Below are positions 8,556 through 15,865 of a stretch of DNA of 32,000 nucleotides, in pieces. The notes below the pieces were generated by a model. That model was not told where the DNA came from, did no database searches, and was given only the letters and a program-made list of their open reading frames with translations. Each line of letters opens with the position of its first letter. The first letter of the stretch is position 1. The DNA is from Roseithermus sacchariphilus. Lineage in GTDB: Bacteria > Bacteroidota > Rhodothermia > Rhodothermales > MEBIC09517. The position numbers and the translations under genes were made by a program. Location: assembly GCA_003285105.1 (NCBI GenBank), contig CP030158.1, positions 3,674,449 to 3,706,448 of the forward strand. Direction: 5' to 3'.

Positions 8556-9839
8556 TCAGATGATGGTGTCGTCCGGGATGACGGCGTTCTTCGGGATCAC
8601 GACGATCCCGTCACGGATGTAGAAGTTCGGGCCTTCCCCCTCCTGCACCTGATCCCGGTTCTTCACGATACAGCGCCGGCCGATGCTGACGTTTTTGTCG
8701 ACGATCGCGCCCTCGATGTAGGCTTCCTCATTGATGCCGGGTTGCTCCGGGCCTTCCACGGGGTCACGCTGGCTGTGGTCGATCCAGGGGTAGTAATCCG
8801 CCCCCATCAGCACCGTGTTCTTGATCGTCGTGTTGTTGCCGATGAACGAGCGGATCCCAATGACGGAATTGGAGATCTGGCTGTTGATGATCACACTCCC
8901 CTCGGCGATGAGCGAGTCCTGCACGTAGGAGCTCTGGATCTTGGCCGGCGGCAGCAGCCGCGGGTTGGTGTAGAGCTGATGGTCCGGGCTGTAGAGGTCG
9001 AAGGCCGGGTACTTCTGCGCCAGCATCAGGTTGGCTTCGAAGAACGAGCGGACGGTTCCGATGTCGCTCCAGTACCCGTCGAAGGCATAGCTGACCACCC
9101 GACGCTGTTTGATGGCCCGCGGGATGATCTGCTTGCCGAAGTCGTTGTCCTCCGGGCGCTCGTCGAGCATCTCCTGGAGTGTCTCCTTGTTGAAGATGTA
9201 GATGCCCATCGAGGCCAGGTAGATGCGGCCCTTCTCCGCATACTTATCCGGGACGGGGCTTTCCTTGCCCTTGAGCTTGTCCAGCGGCGGCTTTTCATGG
9301 AACTCCGTGATGAGCTCCTCCTCGTCCGTTTTGAGGATGCCGAAGGCCGGGGCTTCCTCGGCCGTCACCGGGATCGTCGCGATGGTGATGTCCGCCTTTT
9401 TCCGCTCGTGATGCGCGAACATATCGCGGTAATCCATCTGATAGAGCTGATCGCCCGAGAGGATGAGCACGTGGGTGTGGCGATACACGCTCAGGTGCGG
9501 CATGCTGCGGCGCACGGCATCGGCCGTCCCCTGAAACCACTCCTTCGACATCGGGGTCTGCTCGGCCGCCATGATGTTGACGAACCCGCTGCGGAACCGG
9601 TCGAACGTGTAGGTCCGCGAGATGTGGCGGTTCAGGCTGGCGGAGTTGTACTGGGTGAGGACGAAGATGCGGTTGATGTTGGAGTTGATGCAGTTGGAGA
9701 CGGGGATGTCGATGAGGCGGTATTTCCCGGCCAGGGGCACGGCCGGCTTGGAGCGGCGGAGCGTCAGGGGGAAGAGGCGGGTGCCGGCTCCGCCTCCCAG
9801 GATCACGGCAAGGAGCTTGTCATCTACGGTGGTCTGCAT
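8556..9839 (-). CDS. glgC: Glucose-1-phosphate adenylyltransferase
   Basis: 427-aa ORF with an ATG start. Motifs: [66 protein letters not shown], and a C-terminal left-handed beta-helix repeat region. Confidence 0.93.
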   Translation of the reverse strand: MQTTVDDKLLAVILGGGAGTRLFPLTLRRSKPAVPLAGKYRLIDIPVSNCINSNINRIFVLTQYNSASLNRHISRTYTFDRFRSGFVNIMAAEQTPMSKEWFQGTADAVRRSMPHLSVYRHTHVLILSGDQLYQMDYRDMFAHHERKKADITIATIPVTAEEAPAFGILKTDEEELITEFHEKPPLDKLKGKESPVPDKYAEKGRIYLASMGIYIFNKETLQEMLDERPEDNDFGKQIIPRAIKQRRVVSYAFDGYWSDIGTVRSFFEANLMLAQKYPAFDLYSPDHQLYTNPRLLPPAKIQSSYVQDSLIAEGSVIINSQISNSVIGIRSFIGNNTTIKNTVLMGADYYPWIDHSQRDPVEGPEQPGINEEAYIEGAIVDKNVSIGRRCIVKNRDQVQEGEGPNFYIRDGIVVIPKNAVIPDDTII

Positions 9840-10002
9840 ACGTGTGCGGTAGGAGTACGTGGGTGAGTTTGAGACGCCAGACGGCGGGTTGTCCGCTAAC
9901 GTACGCAGTGGAATCCAAAAACGCAGCCGCCGAACTGTGATGTCGGTGTAATCGAGGCCGGATCCACGCGCTCGTGGCCGGGAGGCGCACCGGCGCGGAG
10001 GC

Positions 10003-12435
10003 TCAGGGAGCGGTGCGGAAGATGACCTCGACCGGCCGCGCCGCCGGGCCGCGACCGCTCGGGGTGAAGGTCACGTCGTTGGTGATCAGCAGCCGGTCCA
10101 GCTTCGTGTCGTCCTCACGATAGGCTACCTCCAGCGTATGCGGTCCCGCCGTCAGGTTGAAGTGCATCGGCTGTTGCACCTCTTCCTGGTGATAGACCGG
10201 GACCCAGGACCACGCCTCCGACTGCACGATGCCGTTCCACGGCACCCACGGTTCTTCGTCGACGCGGACCCAGAACGAATCGCCGCTCCCGTCGGGGGCC
10301 TGCACGCGTCCCCAGAGCTGGTAGGTGCCGGCTTCGAGGACGGTAAAGGGATACCTCGCCCGGCCGGCTTCCGGCGGCGTCTCGCGGCTGTTGTGCCCCG
10401 TTTCCACCTCGATGAACTGTCCGCCGGTGGCCTCGGGGTCATCCTGCACGAGCAGCGGTTCGGACAGCAATCCGTCCTCGGCCTCCAGCCAGACGTGGAT
10501 GGGGTGGAGCGGCCGCCCCACCGAGCCGTGCCCGGAGGGGACGAACGCCAGGTCGTTCGTGACGAGCACGCGGTCGAGGCGGGTGCCGTCCTCCCGGTTT
10601 CGGAGTGTCAGCGTATGCCGGCCGGCCTCCAGCGTCATCACCAGCGGCTCGGGCGGCGCCTCCAGAGAGGACCAGTCGCGGTCGCTGATGGGATCCCAGA
10701 CCCAGCGGTCCGTCGTGGCGTGCCGCTCGGGGGTATCCCACACCACCTCTGTCCCTTCATCGACGGAGACGAAGAGGGAATTGTCGTTGTTGTTGAGCCC
10801 CAGCACGCGGCCCCAGAACGCGTATCGTCCGGCCACGGGCACCTCGAACACGAAGCGCACGGCGCCCTCGCCCCCGTCGTCGTGACCGGGACCGTTCGGC
10901 ACCTCCACGTAGGCTCCCCCGGAGGCCTGCGCCGTCTCGAAGCGCTGCATCGGTGCGGTCAGTTCCCCGTGCTCGGCCTCCATCCAGAGGTACACCGGGT
11001 GGTCGGGCGTTCCCGCATCGGGAGCCGTGGAGGCCTCGGGAGCCGTGGAGGCACTGGGGGCCCTGGGGCCTTCGGCAGCCGCCGTCTCCGGCCGGTCGGG
11101 CTCGATCGTCCCGGCGGAGAGGGCCTGCCGGACGCGGGGGTCGTCGAACTGCTGCAACGCCAGGCCGGCGCTCACGCTGACCGGCTCGGCCCGGTCCTGC
11201 AGGGCCACGAGCAGCGGCCCGATGGCCCGGGCATCGCCGAGGCGGCCGAGCCGCAGCGCGGCCTGCTGGCGGGCCGGCACATCACCCTCGCGCAGCGTAA
11301 CGAGCAGGCGATGCATCTGGCGGTGCTCCGGGGTCACCGGCCCCTGCAGGGACGCAACCGAGCCGACGAATGCGATCATGGCAAGCGTGGGAGGCAGTCC
11401 GGCCGCCCAGGACAGTGGCCGGCGGTCGGCGCGGGGCGCGAGGATCGCCCGGATGCGCTGCTTCAAGGCGGCGTGGCGGGCCATGCCGATCCACCCCGTG
11501 GCCGGGAGCGCGGGCCGCTTCAGCGCACGGGCGATCTCGAGCAGGTGCGTGGCGTAAGCCTCCGACGGCGTCCCGGCCTGGAGGACGGCATCGTCGCAGG
11601 CCTGTTCTTGCTCGTGGTGCATCCGGTGTACGGCCCACCACACGAGGGGGTTGAACCAGTAGACGGCCCGGGTGGTCTGCGCCAGCAGATGGGTCAGGAA
11701 ATCCCACCGGCGGATGTGAGCCAGCTCGTGCAGCAGCACGGCGCGGAGCCGCTCCGCCGGCCAGCTCGCCGCCTCGACCGGCAAGAGGATGACCGGGCGG
11801 ACCAGCCCCCAGGTGAGCGGACCCGCCACACGCGGGCTCCGCCGCACCGTGATCGTCCGCTTCAGCTGCGCCTGCCGAACGATCTCCACCGCCACCATCG
11901 GAGCCGCTCCCCGGGGATCGTGCAGCGCAGCACGCGTCCACCGCCGCACCTGCACCAGTCCGGCGACCGGGCGCAGGAGCAGCAGCAGCGCACCGAGTCC
12001 CCAGAGGCCCAGTAGCAGATACGGGCCCGCCTCGTCGTCGGACGGGTCGCCGGAGAGCGGGAGGGTCGGCAGGGCGTCTCCCGCGCCGTACCGGGCGGGG
12101 GTCGTCCCCACCGGTCCGGCCGGACCGGCCACCTCCGCCACGGCCATCACCGCGGGAGGCGGCGCCGCCGCAGGGGCCGGCTGCGTGAGGCGCCAGATCC
12201 TCTCCAGCGGTTCCCGGATCGCCGGCACGTCCCACGACGGCACCAGCGACGCCACCAGCGGGCATCCCAGCAGGCCGACCATGGCCACCGTCCAGACCCA
12301 GTGCCGCACCGACGCCGCAGCGCATCGCAGGACACCGGCCGTCAACAATCCGGCGAGGCCGACGATCAGGAGGCTCTTCAGCATCCCGACCCCCAGCAGA
12401 TCGATCAGCAGGCTGGTGTCGATGACCGATCCCAT
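10003..12435 (-). CDS. BlaR1/MecR1-like M56 zinc-metalloprotease signal transducer with a non-canonical C-terminal sensor (HEAT repeats + 2 CBM6/35-like modules)
   Basis: 810-aa ORF with an ATG start. There are N-terminal TM helices and an HELAH zinc motif (aa 236-240, nt 11716-11730) in the context [37 protein letters not shown]...EQACDDAVL, which is the Peptidase_M56 signature. A further TM helix lies at aa ~341-363. HEAT-like repeats occupy aa ~385-440, followed by a PAST linker and two tandem beta-sandwich-like modules. The gene starts 9 nt downstream of a BlaI-family repressor gene. Confidence 0.85.
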   Translation of the reverse strand: MGSVIDTSLLIDLLGVGMLKSLLIVGLAGLLTAGVLRCAAASVRHWVWTVAMVGLLGCPLVASLVPSWDVPAIREPLERIWRLTQPAPAAAPPPAVMAVAEVAGPAGPVGTTPARYGAGDALPTLPLSGDPSDDEAGPYLLLGLWGLGALLLLLRPVAGLVQVRRWTRAALHDPRGAAPMVAVEIVRQAQLKRTITVRRSPRVAGPLTWGLVRPVILLPVEAASWPAERLRAVLLHELAHIRRWDFLTHLLAQTTRAVYWFNPLVWWAVHRMHHEQEQACDDAVLQAGTPSEAYATHLLEIARALKRPALPATGWIGMARHAALKQRIRAILAPRADRRPLSWAAGLPPTLAMIAFVGSVASLQGPVTPEHRQMHRLLVTLREGDVPARQQAALRLGRLGDARAIGPLLVALQDRAEPVSVSAGLALQQFDDPRVRQALSAGTIEPDRPETAAAEGPRAPSASTAPEASTAPDAGTPDHPVYLWMEAEHGELTAPMQRFETAQASGGAYVEVPNGPGHDDGGEGAVRFVFEVPVAGRYAFWGRVLGLNNNDNSLFVSVDEGTEVVWDTPERHATTDRWVWDPISDRDWSSLEAPPEPLVMTLEAGRHTLTLRNREDGTRLDRVLVTNDLAFVPSGHGSVGRPLHPIHVWLEAEDGLLSEPLLVQDDPEATGGQFIEVETGHNSRETPPEAGRARYPFTVLEAGTYQLWGRVQAPDGSGDSFWVRVDEEPWVPWNGIVQSEAWSWVPVYHQEEVQQPMHFNLTAGPHTLEVAYREDDTKLDRLLITNDVTFTPSGRGPAARPVEVIFRTAP
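10054..10506 (-). other. CBM6/CBM35-like module 2 of the BlaR1-like protein (aa 644-794)
   Basis: [35 protein letters not shown]...[27 protein letters not shown]...AWSWVPV...[34 protein letters not shown]. It aligns position by position with module 1. The family assignment is by pattern only. Confidence 0.55.
10531..11001 (-). other. CBM6/CBM35-like module 1 of the BlaR1-like protein (aa 479-635)
   Basis: [35 protein letters not shown]...[27 protein letters not shown]...RWVWDPI...[34 protein letters not shown]. The layout is EAE...GG.Y...G.Y.WGRV...W.W...L.AG.H.L...D.i.v, typical of CBM6/35-type galactose-binding-like domains. Confidence 0.55.
11018..11052. repeat. In-frame 18-bp period direct duplication (TCGGGAGCCGTGGAGGC x2) inside the BlaR1-like linker
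   Basis: Read directly: 17-nt identical copies at 11018-11034 and 11036-11052. They encode the duplicated [12 protein letters not shown] in the Pro/Ala/Ser/Thr linker ([20 protein letters not shown]). Confidence 0.9.
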
Positions 12436-12444
12436 GATGGTCGC

Positions 12445-12852
12445 TTATCCTTTGCGCGCGTTCTGTTCGGCCCGGGCCTGCTCGATCCACGCCGCGATCT
12501 CATCCAGCTCGGCGTCGGAGATCCGGGACGAAGACATGTCCAGCAGGGTCAGAACGGCATGGCTGGTGGAGCCGGCGAAGAAGGTCTTCAGCAGATGGCC
12601 CATCACCGAGCGCTTGGCCTTCTCGGGCGGCACCACGGGCGCGTAGACGTAGCGCTGCCCATCCTGCCGATGACGCAGATACCCTTTCTTCTCCAGAATC
12701 CCCAGCGTGATGCGAACCGAGTTGTAGCCCGGCGGGTCGGGCATCCGCTCCAACACCTGCGCGACGGTCGCCTCGCCCAGATGGTAGATGATGTCCATGA
12801 TCTGGCTCTCCCGCCGGCTGAGCTGGGTGTACAGTGGTTTACTCATGGTCAT
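12445..12852 (-). CDS. BlaI/MecI/CopY-family winged-helix transcriptional repressor
   Basis: ORF 12445..13050, but the recognisable protein starts at ATG 12852: MTMSKPLYTQLSRRESQIMDIIYHLGEATVAQVLERMPDPPGYNSVRITLGILEKKGYLRHRQDGQRYVYAPVVPPEKAKRSVMGHLLKTFFAGS. This is the Penicillinase_R family layout. The upstream 66 codons look non-coding and contain tandem DNA repeats. Confidence 0.88.
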   Translation of the reverse strand: MTMSKPLYTQLSRRESQIMDIIYHLGEATVAQVLERMPDPPGYNSVRITLGILEKKGYLRHRQDGQRYVYAPVVPPEKAKRSVMGHLLKTFFAGSTSHAVLTLLDMSSSRISDAELDEIAAWIEQARAEQNARKG

Positions 12853-12893
12853 GCGTGCTTCGCGTATCAATCGGATCCGGGAAAATAGGACGT

Positions 12894-12909
12894 TGCAAAA
12901 CCATTTGCA
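12894..12909. promoter_or_regulatory. Candidate BlaI operator: dyad TGCAAA-acca-TTTGCA
   Basis: Read directly. Perfect 6-bp inverted arms with a 4-bp spacer, centred ~50 bp upstream of the BlaI ATG (12852) in a locally AT-richer stretch. BlaI/MecI/CopY repressors bind dyads in their own promoters, which is established. Assigning that role to this particular dyad is inference. Confidence 0.3.
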
Positions 12910-12934
12910 TCGTTGACGAACGGAACGCCCGAGG

Positions 12935-12960
12935 GGCCCGGTCGAGCGGCCCGGTCGAGC
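12935..12960. repeat. 13-bp perfect tandem direct repeat x2 (GGCCCGGTCGAGC)
   Basis: Read directly: copies at 12935-12947 and 12948-12960, in the intergenic region between the NRDE gene stop (13002) and the BlaI start. Confidence 0.9.
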
Positions 12961-12970
12961 GGCGAATGCC

Positions 12971-12998
12971 CAGCAGCCAGCGGCCAGCAGCCAGCGGC
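12971..12998. repeat. 14-bp perfect tandem direct repeat x2 (CAGCAGCCAGCGGC)
   Basis: Read directly: copies at 12971-12984 and 12985-12998, immediately downstream (on the minus strand) of the NRDE gene stop. Confidence 0.9.
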
Positions 12999-13001
12999 CC
13001 G

Positions 13002-13805
13002 TCACCTGAGCTTCCCGCCTCGTCCGTCCTTCACTCGAAACCGAAACCATCCGTCCGGGGGCCGGGTGCCGTCGGGGCCGTAGGTGCGTTCCGCGAAGAG
13101 GACCTGCCCGTCGTGCCGGATGAGCAGCACCGAAGCCGCCCGCGTGCCGTAGGTGGGAGAGACGATGTGCATCGGGGAGAGCAGCCGTTCCCAGGCGAGG
13201 CCGACGCCCGTATCGGGGAGGGCCTCCTCGGGGGCAGGCGTCGGGTCATGCAGGCGATCCAGCAGCGATCGCGCCAGCCGCTCGGGCGCGGCGCCGTCCT
13301 GCTCCAGCGCGTCCGTCAGCATGGCCTTGCCGGCGCGGACCTTCGGCCAGGGGGTGTCCAGCCGGTGGTTGCTCAGCCCGTAGACGCCGGGCGGGATCCG
13401 CTGCACCCCACCGCCCCGGTTGGAGACGTACGCCATCTCCGCGGGCGTGCCGACGAGGAGGTTGAAGCCGTTGTAGGCCTCCGCCTCCCCGGCGAGGGCT
13501 TCCAGGTAGGCACGCGGCGCAGCGTCTGCGGTGAGGAAGCCGCTGACGAGATGCCCGCGGGAGGGCGCATCGGGCCGATGGTGACCCGGCTCCCGCACGT
13601 TCGTGATGGCCGCAAAGCGCCCGGACCGGGTCACGCCGAGCCAGGTGCCCCCGCTGCGGAGGTCGCGGCCTGCCAGCAGATCGGGGTGTTCGGGCGCCCA
13701 GAACTGCGCGCGCTGCGTGGGGCGCTCGTAGAACTCGTCCCGGTTGGCCGCCAGCACGAGGGCGTAGTCCGGGTGGTGCTGCCAGGCAAAGACGATCAGG
13801 CACAT
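13002..13805 (-). CDS. NRDE (TANGO2/DUF833) family protein
   Basis: 267-aa ORF: MCLIVFAWQHHPDYALVLAANRDEFYERPT...GGTWLGVTRSGRFAAITNVRE...GFNLLVG...YGLSNHRLDTPWPKV. N-terminal Cys2 and the NRDE motif are present. Confidence 0.85.
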   Translation of the reverse strand: MCLIVFAWQHHPDYALVLAANRDEFYERPTQRAQFWAPEHPDLLAGRDLRSGGTWLGVTRSGRFAAITNVREPGHHRPDAPSRGHLVSGFLTADAAPRAYLEALAGEAEAYNGFNLLVGTPAEMAYVSNRGGGVQRIPPGVYGLSNHRLDTPWPKVRAGKAMLTDALEQDGAAPERLARSLLDRLHDPTPAPEEALPDTGVGLAWERLLSPMHIVSPTYGTRAASVLLIRHDGQVLFAERTYGPDGTRPPDGWFRFRVKDGRGGKLR

Positions 13806-13868
13806 GGGGATGATCGGGCACGGGGGCAGAGGGGCGTCGGGGAGACGCGGCGCAGGGGCCGGGTCGGG

Positions 13869-14453
13869 TCAGGGAGCGGCCTTCGCCACGGCGATGAGGG
13901 ACGGCGGGTTCCGCGGGTTGTTGATGCAGGCGTACCGGACGGCCTGCGCGGCCTGAGGGTCCAGCGACGCGGCCCAGTCCTCCACCGCACGGGCTTCGCC
14001 GGCCCCGCCGGGGTGGCCGGTGTAGAGGACGACCGTCAGCCGCCCGCCGGGGGCGAGCAGCGCCAGCGCGGCCTCCAGCGCCGGCAGGGTGGTGTCCGGA
14101 CGGGTGATGACGCTCCGGTCCGAGCCGCCGGGGAGGTAGCCCAGGTTGAAGGTGACCGCCTGTACCCGCCCCCGCACCGCCGCAGGCAGGACCTCTGCCA
14201 TCTGCTCATGGCCGCAGCGGAAGAGGGTGCAGCGCTCCGCCAGCCCGGCCTCGGCGAGACGCCGGCGGGTCTGATCGAGCGCCGCCTGCTGCACGTCGAA
14301 CCCGTAGACGTGGCCGGCCGGACCGACCTGCCGCGCCAGAAACAGCGTGTCGTGCCCGTTGCCCAGCGTGGCATCCACGGCCACCGCACCGGGCGTCAGC
14401 ACCTCCGCCAGCAGCGCATGGGCCACGTCGAGCACGCGAGGCAACGAAGCCAT
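13869..14453 (-). CDS. Class I SAM-dependent methyltransferase, YtqB/MnmM ('putative rRNA methylase' PF06962-like) family
   Basis: This is the C-terminal 194 aa of the 634-aa ORF 13869..15773. An in-frame ATG at 14453 gives MASLPRVLDVAHALLAEVLTPGAVAVDATLGNGHDTLFLARQVGPAGHVYGFDVQQAALDQT...VTFNLGYLPGGSDRSVITRPDTTLPALEAALALLAPGGRLTVVLYTGHPGG. The rest of that ORF is antisense to aroB. Confidence 0.8.
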   Translation of the reverse strand: MASLPRVLDVAHALLAEVLTPGAVAVDATLGNGHDTLFLARQVGPAGHVYGFDVQQAALDQTRRRLAEAGLAERCTLFRCGHEQMAEVLPAAVRGRVQAVTFNLGYLPGGSDRSVITRPDTTLPALEAALALLAPGGRLTVVLYTGHPGGAGEARAVEDWAASLDPQAAQAVRYACINNPRNPPSLIAVAKAAP

Positions 14454-14660
14454 CCCATCACCGATCCGAAGACTCAGAAACACGAAGGAGGTGGGGAAAG
14501 ACCGAGGCCGCCCCGACAGGTTCCACCCTGCCCGCCCGCGCTCATCTACCCCGCGGTCCGGCCGCACGCGGAGGCGTTGCCATCTCCCCGAATCGTTCGG
14601 ATCTTGTAACGAAGGCGGCCGTAAGTCAGCCCCTCCCCTCCAACAGCCCCGTGTGCCTCC

Positions 14661-15761
14661 ATGATCGAGGTCTCCACCCCCATCACCGTCACCCTGGGTC
14701 CACACCGCCAGTACCCGATCCACTTCCGCCCGCTGGGTGAGGTGCCGTCGTTGATGGCGGCCGCCGGGCTCCGGCGGGGGCGGTGCCTGATCGTCACGGA
14801 CGACCACGTCGGGCCGCTCTATGCGGACCGGCTGGAGCAGGCGCTGCTCGGCGCCGGCTGGTCCCCACGGCGCTACACGGTGCCGGCCGGAGAGTCGACC
14901 AAGTCGCTGCCGCACCTCCAGAAGATCTACGACGTGGCGTTGTCCTGGGGCATCGACCGGCGGACGCCCGTGCTCGCGCTGGGCGGGGGGGTCGTGGGCG
15001 ACCTGGCCGGCTTCGCGGCGGCCACGCTCCTGCGCGGGTTGCCCCTGGTGCAACTGCCCACGTCGCTGATCGCCCAGGTGGACAGCGCCATCGGGGGCAA
15101 GACGGGCATCAACCACGTCGTCGGCAAGAACCTCATCGGGGCCTTCCACCAGCCCGCCCTCGTCTGCGCCGACCCGGAGACGCTCGCCACGCTGCCGCCG
15201 CGGGAATGGACGAGCGGCCTGGCCGAGGCCGTCAAGCACGCCTTCATCGCCGATGCCGACCTGCTGGCCTACGTGGAGCAGCACATGCCTGCCATCCTGG
15301 AGCGGGACCCGTCGGTCACACACCCGCTGATCTACCGGGCGGCGGCCATCAAGGCGGCTGTGGTCGGCGAGGACGAGCGGGAGGCCGGCCGCCGCGCCAT
15401 CCTCAACTTCGGCCATACGTTCGGTCACGCCATCGAGCGGGTGGCCGGCTACGGCGTCTTCACCCACGGCGAGGCGGTCGCGCTCGGGATGCGGGCGGCG
15501 CTCTACCTCTCCCGCTGCCTCCACCCGGACCTGCCGCTCGAACGGGCGGATCGGCTCCTCCGCCAGATCCCCGTGCAGGGCCGCCTGGCCGATCTGCCCA
15601 TCCCGTCGCTCATGCAGGCCATGCACGCCGACAAAAAGGTCGACGGCCGGACGCTGCGCTTCGTGGTGCTGCGCCGCCCGGGCGAGGCGTACGTGACGGC
15701 CGACGTGCATCGCGACGACGTGGAGGCCGCCTGGCTGTTCGCCCGGGGCGAGCTGGACTGA
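14661..15761 (+). CDS. aroB: 3-dehydroquinate synthase
   Basis: 366-aa ORF. Motifs: VPAGESTKSL, LALGGGVVGDLAGFAAATLLRGLPLVQLPTSLIAQVDSAIGGKTGINH, KNLIGAFHQP, LNFGHTFGHAIE, HGEAVALGM. Confidence 0.92.
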   Translation: MIEVSTPITVTLGPHRQYPIHFRPLGEVPSLMAAAGLRRGRCLIVTDDHVGPLYADRLEQALLGAGWSPRRYTVPAGESTKSLPHLQKIYDVALSWGIDRRTPVLALGGGVVGDLAGFAAATLLRGLPLVQLPTSLIAQVDSAIGGKTGINHVVGKNLIGAFHQPALVCADPETLATLPPREWTSGLAEAVKHAFIADADLLAYVEQHMPAILERDPSVTHPLIYRAAAIKAAVVGEDEREAGRRAILNFGHTFGHAIERVAGYGVFTHGEAVALGMRAALYLSRCLHPDLPLERADRLLRQIPVQGRLADLPIPSLMQAMHADKKVDGRTLRFVVLRRPGEAYVTADVHRDDVEAAWLFARGELD

Positions 15762-15865
15762 CGGCCCCGGCACTTTCCGGCGGGCCGGCTCGTTCCATGC
15801 CCCCCTCCTCCCGCTCCCCCCTCCGGACGGGACCGGATGCCTTCGTTTGACGGGCTCCCTCCAGC

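Noticed and set aside
8532-9866. + strand 444-aa ORF
   Set aside because: It is antisense to glgC, which is an unmistakable ADP-glucose pyrophosphorylase.
9964-9977. Small GC hairpins after gene ends (for example CCACG-cgct-CGTGG at 9964-9977 downstream of the BlaR1-like gene, and GCATC-agcg-GATGC near 8463)
   Set aside because: Stems of 5 bp with no U-tract are expected by chance in ~70% GC DNA, so they are not reported as terminators.
10138-12646. ORFs 10138..12015 (+, 625 aa), 11282..12490 (-, 402 aa, off-frame) and 11789..12646 (+, 285 aa)
   Set aside because: All overlap the BlaR1-like and BlaI genes in wrong frames or on the wrong strand, and all are Arg/Gly/Pro-rich. The M56 frame carries the HELAH motif and an internally duplicated domain, which supports it as the real one.
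12834-14609. + strand 591-aa ORF
   Set aside because: It is antisense to the NRDE-family gene and the methyltransferase gene and has no motifs.
13869-15773. 634-aa minus-strand ORF treated as a single gene
   Set aside because: Only its last 194 codons (from ATG 14453) look like a protein, a YtqB/MnmM-type methyltransferase. The upstream 440 codons are the antisense shadow of aroB, which has clear 3-dehydroquinate synthase motifs on the + strand.
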